Source of the DNA: Zymomonas mobilis subsp. mobilis ATCC 10988
GTDB taxonomy: Bacteria > Pseudomonadota > Alphaproteobacteria > Sphingomonadales > Sphingomonadaceae
NCBI RefSeq assembly: GCF_000175255.2
Contig: NC_017262.1
Span: 1,200,001-1,232,000, forward strand
Length of the DNA: 32,000 nucleotides
Direction of reading: 5' to 3'
This document shows, in pieces, positions 1 to 8,834 of the stretch (position 1 is the first letter of the stretch; every line of letters begins with the position of its first letter). A program made the translations under genes and the position numbers. Under the pieces are notes generated by a model. It saw nothing but the letters and a program-made list of their open reading frames with translations. It was not told where the DNA came from and ran no database searches.

Positions 1-477
1 ATGGATCGCTTCGAGTAAAGGCTTTGGATCGGGTTTTCTGACTGAAAAGCTGTCGCCGCCAATAATATCTGAAAAATAGTGATCCCAACCCAGCTGGTGG
101 ATAATCGGCCGCGCCAGACATTCCGGTTTGTTGGTATAGACAATCAATTTTAAACCGAGGTCTTGAAGCGCTTTTAATATTTCTTCGACGCCTTCATAGG
201 GGCGCGTATGTACCAGAACATGCTTTTTGTAATAAGCCAGCATCAAAGGGAATCCTTTGACCATCAATTCCTGATTGATACCGCCCGTCACTTCCAAAGC
301 TTGTTCCATTAGTCGCCGGATACCTTTACCCATCATTTTTTCGACCTGTTCCTGTGTCGGAACGGGACGTCCCATTTGTTTTAAAGCATAATCAAGGGCT
401 GCATGAAGGTCAGGTGAACTGTCGATAAGCGTGCCATCGAGATCAAAGCCGATAAAGTCAAATGGAATACGGGACAT
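1..477 (-). CDS. gph: HAD-superfamily phosphatase, phosphoglycolate-phosphatase-like. The N-terminal 159 codons are present and the 3' end lies beyond the window start.
   Basis: Not in the ORF track because it runs off the edge. Read by hand on the minus strand from ATG 477-475: MSRIPFDFIGFDLDGTLIDSSPDLHAALDYALKQMGRPVPTQEQ...IIGGDSFSVRKPDPKPLLEAIH. The frame is open to position 1. It has the HAD motif I DxDGT and a Gph-like GGDS..KPDP segment. Confidence 0.8.
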   Translation of the reverse strand, partial: MSRIPFDFIGFDLDGTLIDSSPDLHAALDYALKQMGRPVPTQEQVEKMMGKGIRRLMEQALEVTGGINQELMVKGFPLMLAYYKKHVLVHTRPYEGVEEILKALQDLGLKLIVYTNKPECLARPIIHQLGWDHYFSDIIGGDSFSVRKPDPKPLLEAIH

Positions 478-681
478 AATGGGTAAAAACTCCCTGCTAT
501 AGAATAAAGGCTATTTATCCCCGTGGGGCGCAGTCATAAGAGACAGAACAACAGCAATAATTTACGATGTCGTGGAAATATATCGGCTTATAGAGATATT
601 TGCCTGTAAAATTAAGTCTGTTCCTGTTCTGGAAATAGGCACAACTTCATGGCAAAAGCCGAATATAGGAGAGTTTTTGTT

Positions 682-2034
682 ATGACTGCTCATAAGCCTT
701 TTTCTGCTGTTATTCTGGCTGCGGGTAAGGGAACGCGGATGCGTTCGGATACCCATAAGATATTACATGCCCTTGCTGGCAGACCTCTTTTAGGATGGGT
801 TCTGGACAGCCTTGCTCCGTTATCGCCTGATCATACCGTGGTTGTGACAGGTTCCGGTCGCGAGCAAGTCGAAAATTATCTAAAACAGGTTGATTTGCCC
901 GTTACCTCGGTTACCCAAGAAGAGCAATTGGGTACGGCACATGCTGTGGCACAGGCTAAATCCGCTTTGAAGGATTTTAAAGGGGATATTGTCGTTCTTT
1001 ATGGCGATGTTCCTTTAGTGCAACCCAAAACGATAAAAGCCTTGCTGGAACGCTTGCATCATGAAGACAAGCCGACAGTGGCCGTTTTAGCGTTCAGACC
1101 TGACGATCCGCGTCAATATGGGCGTATTGTCACTGATAAGACCGCCCATATCCAAAAAATGGTCGAATATAAGGATGCCAGCGAAGAAGAGCGGGCAATC
1201 ACCCTGTGTAATAGTGGCCTATTAGCCATCAGAGCGCATGATCTTTGGCCGTTATTATCACGGGTTCAGAATAATAACGCATCAGGCGAATATTATCTGC
1301 CTGATATTGTTATGCTGGCTTTGTCCGAAGGCTGTCAAGCTGTGACTGTTGATGCGGAGGCTTGGGAAGTTTCCGGCGTCAATAATCGGGCAGAACTCGC
1401 CAGCCTTGAAAGCCTGTGGCAAAATCGCAAGCGGCAGGATGTCATGAAAGACGGGGCTAGTCTGATTGCACCTGAAACCGTTTGGTTCAGCTATGACACT
1501 GAAATCGGGCGAGATGTCATTATTGAACCGCAAGTCTTTTTTGGACGTGATGTTAAAGTTGCCAATGGTGTAACCATTCATAGCTTTAGCCATATTGAGG
1601 GGGCTGACATTAAAGAAAATGTTGAAATAGGCCCCTTTGCACGGTTGAGACCCGGTGCCGAGATTGCTGAAAAAGCTAAAATCGGTAATTTCGTTGAGAT
1701 CAAGAAGTCCAAAGTCGAGAAAGGCGCCAAGGTTAATCACCTGACCTATATCGGGGATGCGACTATTGGCGCAGGTTCTAATATCGGCGGCGGCACTATC
1801 ACCTGTAATTATGATGGCTTTAACAAAAGCCGGACGGAAATTGGCGAGAAAGCCTTTATCGGTTCCAATAGCGCGTTGGTTGCGCCGGTGCGTATCGGGG
1901 CAGGGGCTATTATTGCCGCAGGGTCAACCATTACCCATAATGTGCCAGATGACAGCTTGGCGATTGCCCGATCGGAACAAGAGAACAAGGCCTTATGGGC
2001 AAAAAAATTTCGGCAGAGAAAAAAGAAAAAATAA
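682..2034 (+). CDS. glmU: Bifunctional UDP-N-acetylglucosamine pyrophosphorylase / glucosamine-1-phosphate N-acetyltransferase
   Basis: ORF 649-2034. It has the nucleotidyltransferase P-loop-like motif AVILAAGKGTRM, and its C-terminal half consists of hexapeptide (left-handed beta-helix) repeats. I moved the start to ATG 682 (MTAHKPFSAVILAAGKGTRM) because AGGAGAG lies 8 nt upstream. Confidence 0.93.
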   Translation: MTAHKPFSAVILAAGKGTRMRSDTHKILHALAGRPLLGWVLDSLAPLSPDHTVVVTGSGREQVENYLKQVDLPVTSVTQEEQLGTAHAVAQAKSALKDFKGDIVVLYGDVPLVQPKTIKALLERLHHEDKPTVAVLAFRPDDPRQYGRIVTDKTAHIQKMVEYKDASEEERAITLCNSGLLAIRAHDLWPLLSRVQNNNASGEYYLPDIVMLALSEGCQAVTVDAEAWEVSGVNNRAELASLESLWQNRKRQDVMKDGASLIAPETVWFSYDTEIGRDVIIEPQVFFGRDVKVANGVTIHSFSHIEGADIKENVEIGPFARLRPGAEIAEKAKIGNFVEIKKSKVEKGAKVNHLTYIGDATIGAGSNIGGGTITCNYDGFNKSRTEIGEKAFIGSNSALVAPVRIGAGAIIAAGSTITHNVPDDSLAIARSEQENKALWAKKFRQRKKKK

Positions 2035-2036
2035 AG

Positions 2037-2063
2037 AAAAGCCGGTTTTTACCGGCTTTTTTT
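2037..2063 (+). terminator. Rho-independent terminator after glmU, possibly bidirectional
   Basis: AAAAGCCGGT tttt ACCGGCTTTT followed by further T residues, beginning 3 nt after the glmU stop codon. An A-tract lies upstream and a T-tract downstream. Confidence 0.8.
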
Positions 2064-2147
2064 ATAGCAGTGCCCTTTGCCAAAAAACAAAAAGTCAGGG
2101 AGATATCCCGTCCAATAAACGGCGATTATTTTTCAAAAAGATAGCTT

Positions 2148-2187
2148 AATATAAAAATATTCCGGCTGCCATCAGCAACCGGAATAT
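2148..2187 (-). terminator. Rho-independent terminator downstream of the PBP gene
   Basis: Inverted repeat ATATTCCGG (2157-2165) / CCGGAATAT (2179-2187) with a 13-nt loop. On the minus strand it is followed by TTTTATATT. It lies about 30 nt after the PBP stop codon. Confidence 0.6.
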
Positions 2188-2215
2188 CAAAATTTTTTAT
2201 TATTGAGACGATAAT

Positions 2216-4324
2216 TTAACCCTCAGGATTATGGCCGAGAACATTATCGAGCCAGTTTTTATCTAAGGCTGGATCGGCATGTCCTGTTGATTTTTCTTTA
2301 CCAGAATCTGGCTTTGTCGCGGATTTTTCATTGCCCTTGGAACGGTTGTCATCCGCATCCCCTGCGTGTTTTTCTGTCACCGCTGGTGGCAGAGTAGGCG
2401 CGGGGGTATCCGCCGGAAGACCGGAAGTCGCCGGATGAATAGCCGCAGCATCACCGAAATAGGTTTCGTCATCCGGTTCAACCTGCGAATCTGGCAAAGT
2501 TACCTGTGTGTCAAAAGGCACAACAGGCCGATCAGCCACAGCGACACGCATATATTTCGAGAACGCCATGGCCGGAGCATGACCGCCGGATAATCCCGGA
2601 ACAGGTTTAGAATCATCGCGCCCCATCCAGACGCCTGTTGTCAGACCACTAGAGAAACCGATGAACCAGCCATCATGACTAGATGAAGTCGTTCCGGTTT
2701 TACCGGCAACAGGGCGACCTATCTGGGCAGCGCGTGCGGTTCCGGTGGCAACTGCCGTTTGCAGCAAATCAGTCATTTCCGCTGCAACCCAAGGGGCTAA
2801 TAAGACCTGATCGCTGTTATCAGGATGCTGATACAACAATTTGCCATAGCTGGTCGTGATGCGGCTAATACCATAAGGGGTAACCGCAATACCTTTTCTG
2901 GCAACGACAGCAAAAGCGCGGGTCATATCAATCAAACGGACATCGGAAGTTCCCAGCACCATTGAAGGCACAACATCAATCGGTGTTGTGATGCCTAATC
3001 TTTTAGCCATGGTGGCGACCGTGTTAAAGCCGACCTGACTACCAAGTTTGGCGGCAATCGTATTCAAAGAGAAGGCAAAAGCTGTTCTGATGCTGATATC
3101 ACCTGAAAAATGACGGGAAGCGTTTCTCGGACTCCATCCGTTGATGGTCACTGGTTCATCAACAATACGGTCATCGGGGCGAACCCCACTTTCCAAAGCC
3201 GCGAGATAAACAAAAAGTTTGAATGATGAACCCGGCTGACGAGTCGCCTGTGTTGCCCGATTATAGATAGAAGAAACGTAATCGCGGCCACCAACCATGG
3301 CTCGAACCGCACCATCGCTATCAAGCGTCACCAAGGCACCTTGCGCCCCTTTCGGGGTGGAGTCTTGAATCGTTGTATCTGCGGCTCTTTGCATTCCGAG
3401 ATCAAGCGTTGTCCAGACGTCAATCGGTTCTGTGCTGGGCTCGATCAGAGAATCCAACTGTGCCAAAGCCCAGTCTGTAAAGTAGCGCACACCATTTTGA
3501 TGCGGTTCAGCCGATAAAGCAACATTTTGCGGATCGGCATTGATCTGTTCGGTTGGGTTGATCAGATGCTGTTCTGCCATCAATCCCAAAACAACGCGTC
3601 CACGGCTAACTGCGGCTTCTGGATCCGCGGTTGGCGAATAATTGGAAGGTGCCTTGACCAAACCTGCGATAATAGCAGCTTCGGGAAGTGAAAGCTGGGT
3701 TGCCGGATGCCCGTAAAATTTACGGGAAGCTGCATCAATCCCGTAAGCACCACCACCAAAATAGACCCGATTAAGATAAAGTTCTAAAATCTGGTTTTTA
3801 GTGAATTTTTGCTCAATCGCTAATGCCAGCAAGGCTTCCCGCGCTTTACGGGCAAAGCTGTAATTATTGGTCAGGAAGACATTGCGGGCTAATTGCTGGG
3901 TGATGGTTGATGCCCCTTGCCAGCGTTTGCCTTGGCCATGGTGAATAATCGCCACCCCGACAGCCCGCATCACCCCTACCGGATCCACACCGATATGATA
4001 ACGGAAACGACGGTCTTCTGTTGCGATCATCGCCTGCGTCATGGATTTCGGGATATCATTATACGGAATCCAACGGCCATAGCCGGGACCCATATTAACG
4101 ATAACCGTGCCGTCATTCGAGTGAACCCGAATGGTTTGACCATTGGGAGAAGCCTTCAGCTTGTCAAAATCAGGCAGGCTACTTTTGGTTGTGTAAACAG
4201 CTATTCCCAAAAGCACAGCCAAGACCAAGATAATCGTCGCCAATATGCCACCGACGATCAAGACAAGGCGCAAGGCTTTTCTTTGGGGGCGGTTTTGAGG
4301 GTTCTTTGAAGGTTTGCTGCTCAT
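2216..4324 (-). CDS. mrcA: Class A penicillin-binding protein (PBP1A family), a bifunctional peptidoglycan glycosyltransferase/transpeptidase
   Basis: 702-aa ORF with an N-terminal TM anchor. GT51 motifs EDRRFRYHIGVD and GASTITQQLARN are present. Transpeptidase motifs are SxxK (GSSFKLF), SxN (SLN) and KTG (GKTGTT). The C-terminal tail is low-complexity and rich in Pro, Asp and Lys. Confidence 0.93.
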   Translation of the reverse strand: MSSKPSKNPQNRPQRKALRLVLIVGGILATIILVLAVLLGIAVYTTKSSLPDFDKLKASPNGQTIRVHSNDGTVIVNMGPGYGRWIPYNDIPKSMTQAMIATEDRRFRYHIGVDPVGVMRAVGVAIIHHGQGKRWQGASTITQQLARNVFLTNNYSFARKAREALLALAIEQKFTKNQILELYLNRVYFGGGAYGIDAASRKFYGHPATQLSLPEAAIIAGLVKAPSNYSPTADPEAAVSRGRVVLGLMAEQHLINPTEQINADPQNVALSAEPHQNGVRYFTDWALAQLDSLIEPSTEPIDVWTTLDLGMQRAADTTIQDSTPKGAQGALVTLDSDGAVRAMVGGRDYVSSIYNRATQATRQPGSSFKLFVYLAALESGVRPDDRIVDEPVTINGWSPRNASRHFSGDISIRTAFAFSLNTIAAKLGSQVGFNTVATMAKRLGITTPIDVVPSMVLGTSDVRLIDMTRAFAVVARKGIAVTPYGISRITTSYGKLLYQHPDNSDQVLLAPWVAAEMTDLLQTAVATGTARAAQIGRPVAGKTGTTSSSHDGWFIGFSSGLTTGVWMGRDDSKPVPGLSGGHAPAMAFSKYMRVAVADRPVVPFDTQVTLPDSQVEPDDETYFGDAAAIHPATSGLPADTPAPTLPPAVTEKHAGDADDNRSKGNEKSATKPDSGKEKSTGHADPALDKNWLDNVLGHNPEG

Positions 4325-4354
4325 TTCAGGGTCAATTAAAGAGAAAAGGGAGCA

Positions 4355-6325
4355 TCAATTATGCTGACGAGAGGCTGCATTTGCAGCTGCTTTAACGCGC
4401 CATAAGCGAAAAGGCGATTCTTTTGGTAACGGCATGGCTTCCAGCCACGGTGGCACCTGACCTTTTGCGAGCTGCGCGTAAAATCCATTCTTGGCTTCAT
4501 TAAGGTAAATTGAGGATTCGGGCATCCCCGGACAAATCAATACCAGACTAATTGCGTGTCGTCTTATAATATTTTCTGCCTGTTCAGGGCTGCCCCGAAA
4601 AGCATGATGCACATCCAAAATAGCGTCTGCATTACGATGATACGGGCCTGCAATCGCCTGATGATGGGTCATTGCAATAAGGCGGGGGGCAAAATCAATA
4701 AAGGTCAAAATATTGGCTTGCGGGATGGCCTCGATAGATTTTAGCGCCGGAATAGTAGGGCATCGTCTTTCTGGATGGGACGGCGTTTTATTCTCACTGA
4801 CTTTGTGATTTTCTTCTGCCCGATGAGAAGGCAAAGTGCTGCCTTTGGAAAAGGGATTTTTAAAGAAAGGTTTATGATGCCCTTGATGGGTATATTCGAC
4901 TATTTTTAGAGGAATAAAGCTACTGGCAACAGCCAAAATAGAAAGAATGACAAGCGCATATCCCAACATTCCGGCATATGTTTTCTGTTTATCCATCTTC
5001 TTCAGAAGGGTCATAATCAGCCAGCAACAAGCAGGGACTGCCAATAATTGCGCGGCAGGCGATGTTCTTGTCTGCCATGCGGTCATAGCCAAGGCCGATA
5101 GAAAAATGAAGGCTAGATTGAGCCATCCCCCAATTCTGGGAGAAAAACGGTTATTCCATAAGGCCGGAAACAGCGAGATCAATCCAACAATCGGTAAAGA
5201 CAGAATAAGCACGATAACTTTGATATCGCGACTATAAACGGGTTTGGCTTCCCCTACATGTGACATCCATAATTTATATAATTCTGGCGATATCGCTTCT
5301 GGTCGTCCAAGACATTGTGGCCAGCTATAGGCAAAAATACCGCCGATAAAGAGACCGGCGATAACAGCAGCCGAAAGCCGAAAAGCCCATCCTGCACGGA
5401 TAGAGGCGATGAGTGCTACCAATAGTCCACCGCCTATCGTTGCTGTCAGCCAAACCGGAGAAAGCGCATCACAAACCGGCGCTCTATTGGCATAGGAAGC
5501 AAAGATAAGCCAACCGATCAGACTGGTTAAAGCTAGAGTGAAGCCATAATATTTTAAGGCTTGGGCATGACGAATATTTGTAACCCAAAATAACGTCTGC
5601 ATACCGGCTGCAAGCGCAATATAAGGCAGAATCTCAAGACCAATTACCAAAGATAAAGTAGAAGAAAGCGCAACTGTAACAGCGCCTCTTTTCCTGTCGG
5701 GATCTGCATTTCCAGCGATAATCAGACTAAGAAAAGCCAGCTGCCAACCATGATGATCTATCCGCAGGGGTAAAAACATCCCCAATGTCACACCAGCGCA
5801 GAGCAACAGGCAATTGGCAACAAAAAAACTTTTTTCGCCTACAAGGCGACGGCAAGTGAGCGCGTTACCAAAAAAGAGAATTCCCAAAGGGAGAAGGGGC
5901 GCTATCGCTGTTCCAAAACGAATAGATCCCATGCTGCCAAGAAAGGGTTGGCTTATGGCAATCAAAGCCGCGATAGGAATATCAACTAGGCGCGACCAAT
6001 GAATATTGGCACCTTTAGGCGGATTAAGACGATGTTGCTGTAAGTCGAACCATCCCTGACCATGAAGCCAGTCCCTGACTTCCGCAAGGCGGAGATTGTC
6101 ATCGGTGTCAGACAGAGAAAGCCAATAAATAGCGTGACGATGGGTGTAAAGAAGAAAGGCTGCCGTTAAAATCCAGAATAGGCAGGTAATAAGTCGCCAA
6201 TAATGCCGACTAATCTGATCCCATAACAGACTTTCTTGACTGTTATTGAGAGACAAGAAAGGTGTCACTACCACTTTTTTGAAAGTAGCTATCAAAGATT
6301 TATTTGAATGGACTTTGCCTGTCAT
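4355..6325 (-). CDS. Uncharacterised polytopic inner-membrane protein with a C-terminal soluble domain. It is a candidate GT-C-fold glycosyltransferase.
   Basis: 656-aa ORF with many hydrophobic helices between about aa 40 and 480. The first predicted extracytoplasmic loop carries SDTDDNLRLAEVRDWLHGQGW, which resembles the ArnT/PMT first-loop motif DE.RYAEI.REML..G.W. The C-terminal ~170 aa are hydrophilic (..AIAGPYHRNADAILDVHHAF..). The stop codon is only 30 nt upstream of the PBP start on the same strand. Confidence 0.6.
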   Translation of the reverse strand: MTGKVHSNKSLIATFKKVVVTPFLSLNNSQESLLWDQISRHYWRLITCLFWILTAAFLLYTHRHAIYWLSLSDTDDNLRLAEVRDWLHGQGWFDLQQHRLNPPKGANIHWSRLVDIPIAALIAISQPFLGSMGSIRFGTAIAPLLPLGILFFGNALTCRRLVGEKSFFVANCLLLCAGVTLGMFLPLRIDHHGWQLAFLSLIIAGNADPDRKRGAVTVALSSTLSLVIGLEILPYIALAAGMQTLFWVTNIRHAQALKYYGFTLALTSLIGWLIFASYANRAPVCDALSPVWLTATIGGGLLVALIASIRAGWAFRLSAAVIAGLFIGGIFAYSWPQCLGRPEAISPELYKLWMSHVGEAKPVYSRDIKVIVLILSLPIVGLISLFPALWNNRFSPRIGGWLNLAFIFLSALAMTAWQTRTSPAAQLLAVPACCWLIMTLLKKMDKQKTYAGMLGYALVILSILAVASSFIPLKIVEYTHQGHHKPFFKNPFSKGSTLPSHRAEENHKVSENKTPSHPERRCPTIPALKSIEAIPQANILTFIDFAPRLIAMTHHQAIAGPYHRNADAILDVHHAFRGSPEQAENIIRRHAISLVLICPGMPESSIYLNEAKNGFYAQLAKGQVPPWLEAMPLPKESPFRLWRVKAAANAASRQHN

Positions 6326-6546
6326 TAACGGAAATCTTCGTTATTTCCGAAATACAAATTCATAGCGAATGCCTTTACCCCCACCCAATATCATTAATTC
6401 TGCCTATGAACGACCGATAAGATAAAATATTTATGGATCGGGCTTTAATCTTTTCTCTGACTGATGCAATAGCGATCCTATTCGGTCGCCATCTGTCTAA
6501 AAACAAATTTTGACCGTTTCCAATAGATATAAAGAAATGAGGTCTA

Positions 6547-6993
6547 ATGTACCGGTCTCTTTGGTTAAAGCTAGAGAATTTTCTTGATGAAGAAAAGCGT
6601 TTGTTTCTGGGGCAAGTTATTCGTTTTGGCCTTACCGGAGGTTTTACCACTTTTCTGAATGCGGCTATTTATTATGTCGGTGCCAAATGGGGGCATATGG
6701 CTCCTTTATTCTCGAATTTTATCGGTTACCTCGTGGCTATGATTGTGGGCTATTTGCTCCACAACTATTTCAGCTTTCGGGGACATGGCTGCCAAGATCG
6801 CCATTGGCAGCTTTTTTTACGCTTTTGCCTTGCTTCTTTATTGGGACTGGGACTGAACAGCTTTTGGGTGGGCTGTATGGTCAATTATCTCCACCTCATG
6901 AAATGGACGCCCCTGCCTTTTATGGTTTTTGTAACGCCTCTCGTCAGTTTTTGGTTGAATCGTCGCTGGGTTTTTCGACCGTCTAAAAAATGA
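6547..6993 (+). CDS. GtrA-family small membrane protein, a putative polyprenyl-phosphate-sugar translocase
   Basis: 148 aa with four hydrophobic helices. GtrA-like signatures are present: RFGLTGGFTTFLNAAIYY near the N-terminus and NRRWVF at the C-terminus. Confidence 0.75.
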   Translation: MYRSLWLKLENFLDEEKRLFLGQVIRFGLTGGFTTFLNAAIYYVGAKWGHMAPLFSNFIGYLVAMIVGYLLHNYFSFRGHGCQDRHWQLFLRFCLASLLGLGLNSFWVGCMVNYLHLMKWTPLPFMVFVTPLVSFWLNRRWVFRPSKK

Positions 6994-7010
6994 ACATCGC
7001 CTAATTATTC

Positions 7011-8636
7011 TTATTTTACGGCAGGGACAGCCTTGGGCTTTGATCCGCTTTTGGGGGCAGAAAGCATAGAGCTAACTGTCGTAAAGCGATGGTCTATTTT
7101 ATATAAAATACCGTTTTCGCCCGACCATATCGGTATCAGATCATCTTCATGAGGCCACAAAGACGGCGGTATATCCATAAGCCAGAAATAATCGAAAGCC
7201 TGTCTTGGAAAAGATTCCAAGGTTTTATCGAGATCGGCTGATCCTCTAAAACGACATTGACGCGGATAAAGCGATTGAGATGGGTCGTGAATAAATCTTT
7301 TCGCCTCTGGAAAATGAATTGTCAGTAATTGCTGACCGGCTATTGCCCATTCACTATTGGTAAAAGCATCTTTTCTGACCGTTGCCATGGCAGGTAAATG
7401 GCTCATATGGTTGCTGACCCATGTCATAAGGCAGGGTGTAGAAACCATAGCTAAAACCCGTGATCCGGGAGCCATGAAATCAACCGCTTTCAGCTGCTTT
7501 TGATAGCCTTGGTCATAAAACCAAAAGCTGACTGTAGTCGCTGCCGTTCTTATCGTAAAAAACAGACAGGCCGCTATGGCGGCTATTCTTGCAAAATTTT
7601 GGTTTTTGGGAGCCTTCAACCCGACCAAGGCTGATGCAAAAATATAGGGGGCTAGTCGCATATCTGCAAAGGCGGCACTCAGCAAAATCCGAGGCAAACA
7701 GATATAGGCGATGAGCAGGATAAAACAGGCGAGTCCCATCGGGGGTGCCAGTCGCAAACGTCCCAAAAGAAGAATGAAACAAGCGACACCGATAGAGGCA
7801 ATGTCAAAATTTTGCCAGCGATCCCGTAATGCGGAAAGAACCCATTCTATTTTAAGGTCAAATCGGAACCAGTCGCCATTTCCATCACTGACATGGCCTG
7901 AACGCCATAAAATCATTAGTAAAATAGGGGGCAGCAAGGGCAGCATCGCCAAAGCCGATTTATAACCGGCTTGGAACAGAGCTGATAAAATAGGCTGGTT
8001 ATTGCGTCTGGCGTGGCGGTAATCACTTGAAAAATCAGCCGAAAAACAGAGTAAGCCCAAGATACCCCAGCCATAGCTATGACATGACCAGATAATAATC
8101 CCGAAGGGTATAAATATGAAGGCTCTTAAATAAGGGCTGTTTTTCAGGGTTATCCACAAGGCAAAGGCATTGAATGTCAGTGCCATGGATAGGCAATAAT
8201 TCAAAAAACCGAATTGGAAAGGAAAACCATAGATAAAGGGTAACGCAAAGGCCGCCGTGGGCGGAATCTTGCCATGTACGGCTTTCGCAACCGCTAACAA
8301 CCCCGCTGCGGTTACCATAACCATGATGATAACGCCGATTTTTAATCCTAATTCCAGCCCGAATAAATGGGCAAGCGGGATAATAAAAAGGTCAAAACCA
8401 AGATTGCCGACTAGATGCCAATCGAAACTATACCACTGATGCAGCCATGGCGATTGGTGAATACCCAGTTCAACCCGATATCGCCCAAGATGGCCGGGGG
8501 CATCCGTAAGCGGAGGCAATTCCGGCCAGAACAAAGGCACAGCAGAAAGCAGGATCAGACCCAAAATATAAAAAGGATTCTGCCACCAGTCGCTGTTTTT
8601 AAATGAAGATCGGGATGCAGGTCGAAAAGAAAACAT
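7011..8636 (-). CDS. Uncharacterised polytopic membrane protein with a C-terminal soluble domain. It is a candidate GtrC-like or GT-C-type transferase.
   Basis: The ORF track gives 7011-8672, but codon 8672-8670 is TTG. The first ATG is at 8636 (MFSFRPASRSS...) and has AAGGA about 12 nt upstream, so I prefer a 541-aa product. It is strongly hydrophobic for about 400 aa and then hydrophilic for about 150 aa. I see no family signature I can name. Confidence 0.5.
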   Translation of the reverse strand: MFSFRPASRSSFKNSDWWQNPFYILGLILLSAVPLFWPELPPLTDAPGHLGRYRVELGIHQSPWLHQWYSFDWHLVGNLGFDLFIIPLAHLFGLELGLKIGVIIMVMVTAAGLLAVAKAVHGKIPPTAAFALPFIYGFPFQFGFLNYCLSMALTFNAFALWITLKNSPYLRAFIFIPFGIIIWSCHSYGWGILGLLCFSADFSSDYRHARRNNQPILSALFQAGYKSALAMLPLLPPILLMILWRSGHVSDGNGDWFRFDLKIEWVLSALRDRWQNFDIASIGVACFILLLGRLRLAPPMGLACFILLIAYICLPRILLSAAFADMRLAPYIFASALVGLKAPKNQNFARIAAIAACLFFTIRTAATTVSFWFYDQGYQKQLKAVDFMAPGSRVLAMVSTPCLMTWVSNHMSHLPAMATVRKDAFTNSEWAIAGQQLLTIHFPEAKRFIHDPSQSLYPRQCRFRGSADLDKTLESFPRQAFDYFWLMDIPPSLWPHEDDLIPIWSGENGILYKIDHRFTTVSSMLSAPKSGSKPKAVPAVK

Positions 8637-8834
8637 TGCCGCGCTTATCCTTTTTCCTGTTCCGATGTGCAAGATGATTTGCTTTTTTTGTATAAAAAAT
8701 GCTTAGGGTAAAAAGAGTGAGGACAGAATAAAATTAAAAAAACGATAATCTCTCTTTTGAACTCTGACCTTAACGCCTAAAAGGCTCCTCTATTCAATTT
8801 CGGCTAACCCCTCGCGATTAGGACGCGCTCTTTA

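Noticed and set aside
1757-2149. 130-aa plus-strand ORF extending past glmU
   Set aside because: It is out of frame within the glmU beta-helix region and runs through the glmU terminator. It has no independent support.
6687-6986. 99-aa plus-strand ORF
   Set aside because: It is an alternative frame wholly inside the GtrA-like gene. The GtrA frame has the family motifs and the hydrophobic helix pattern.
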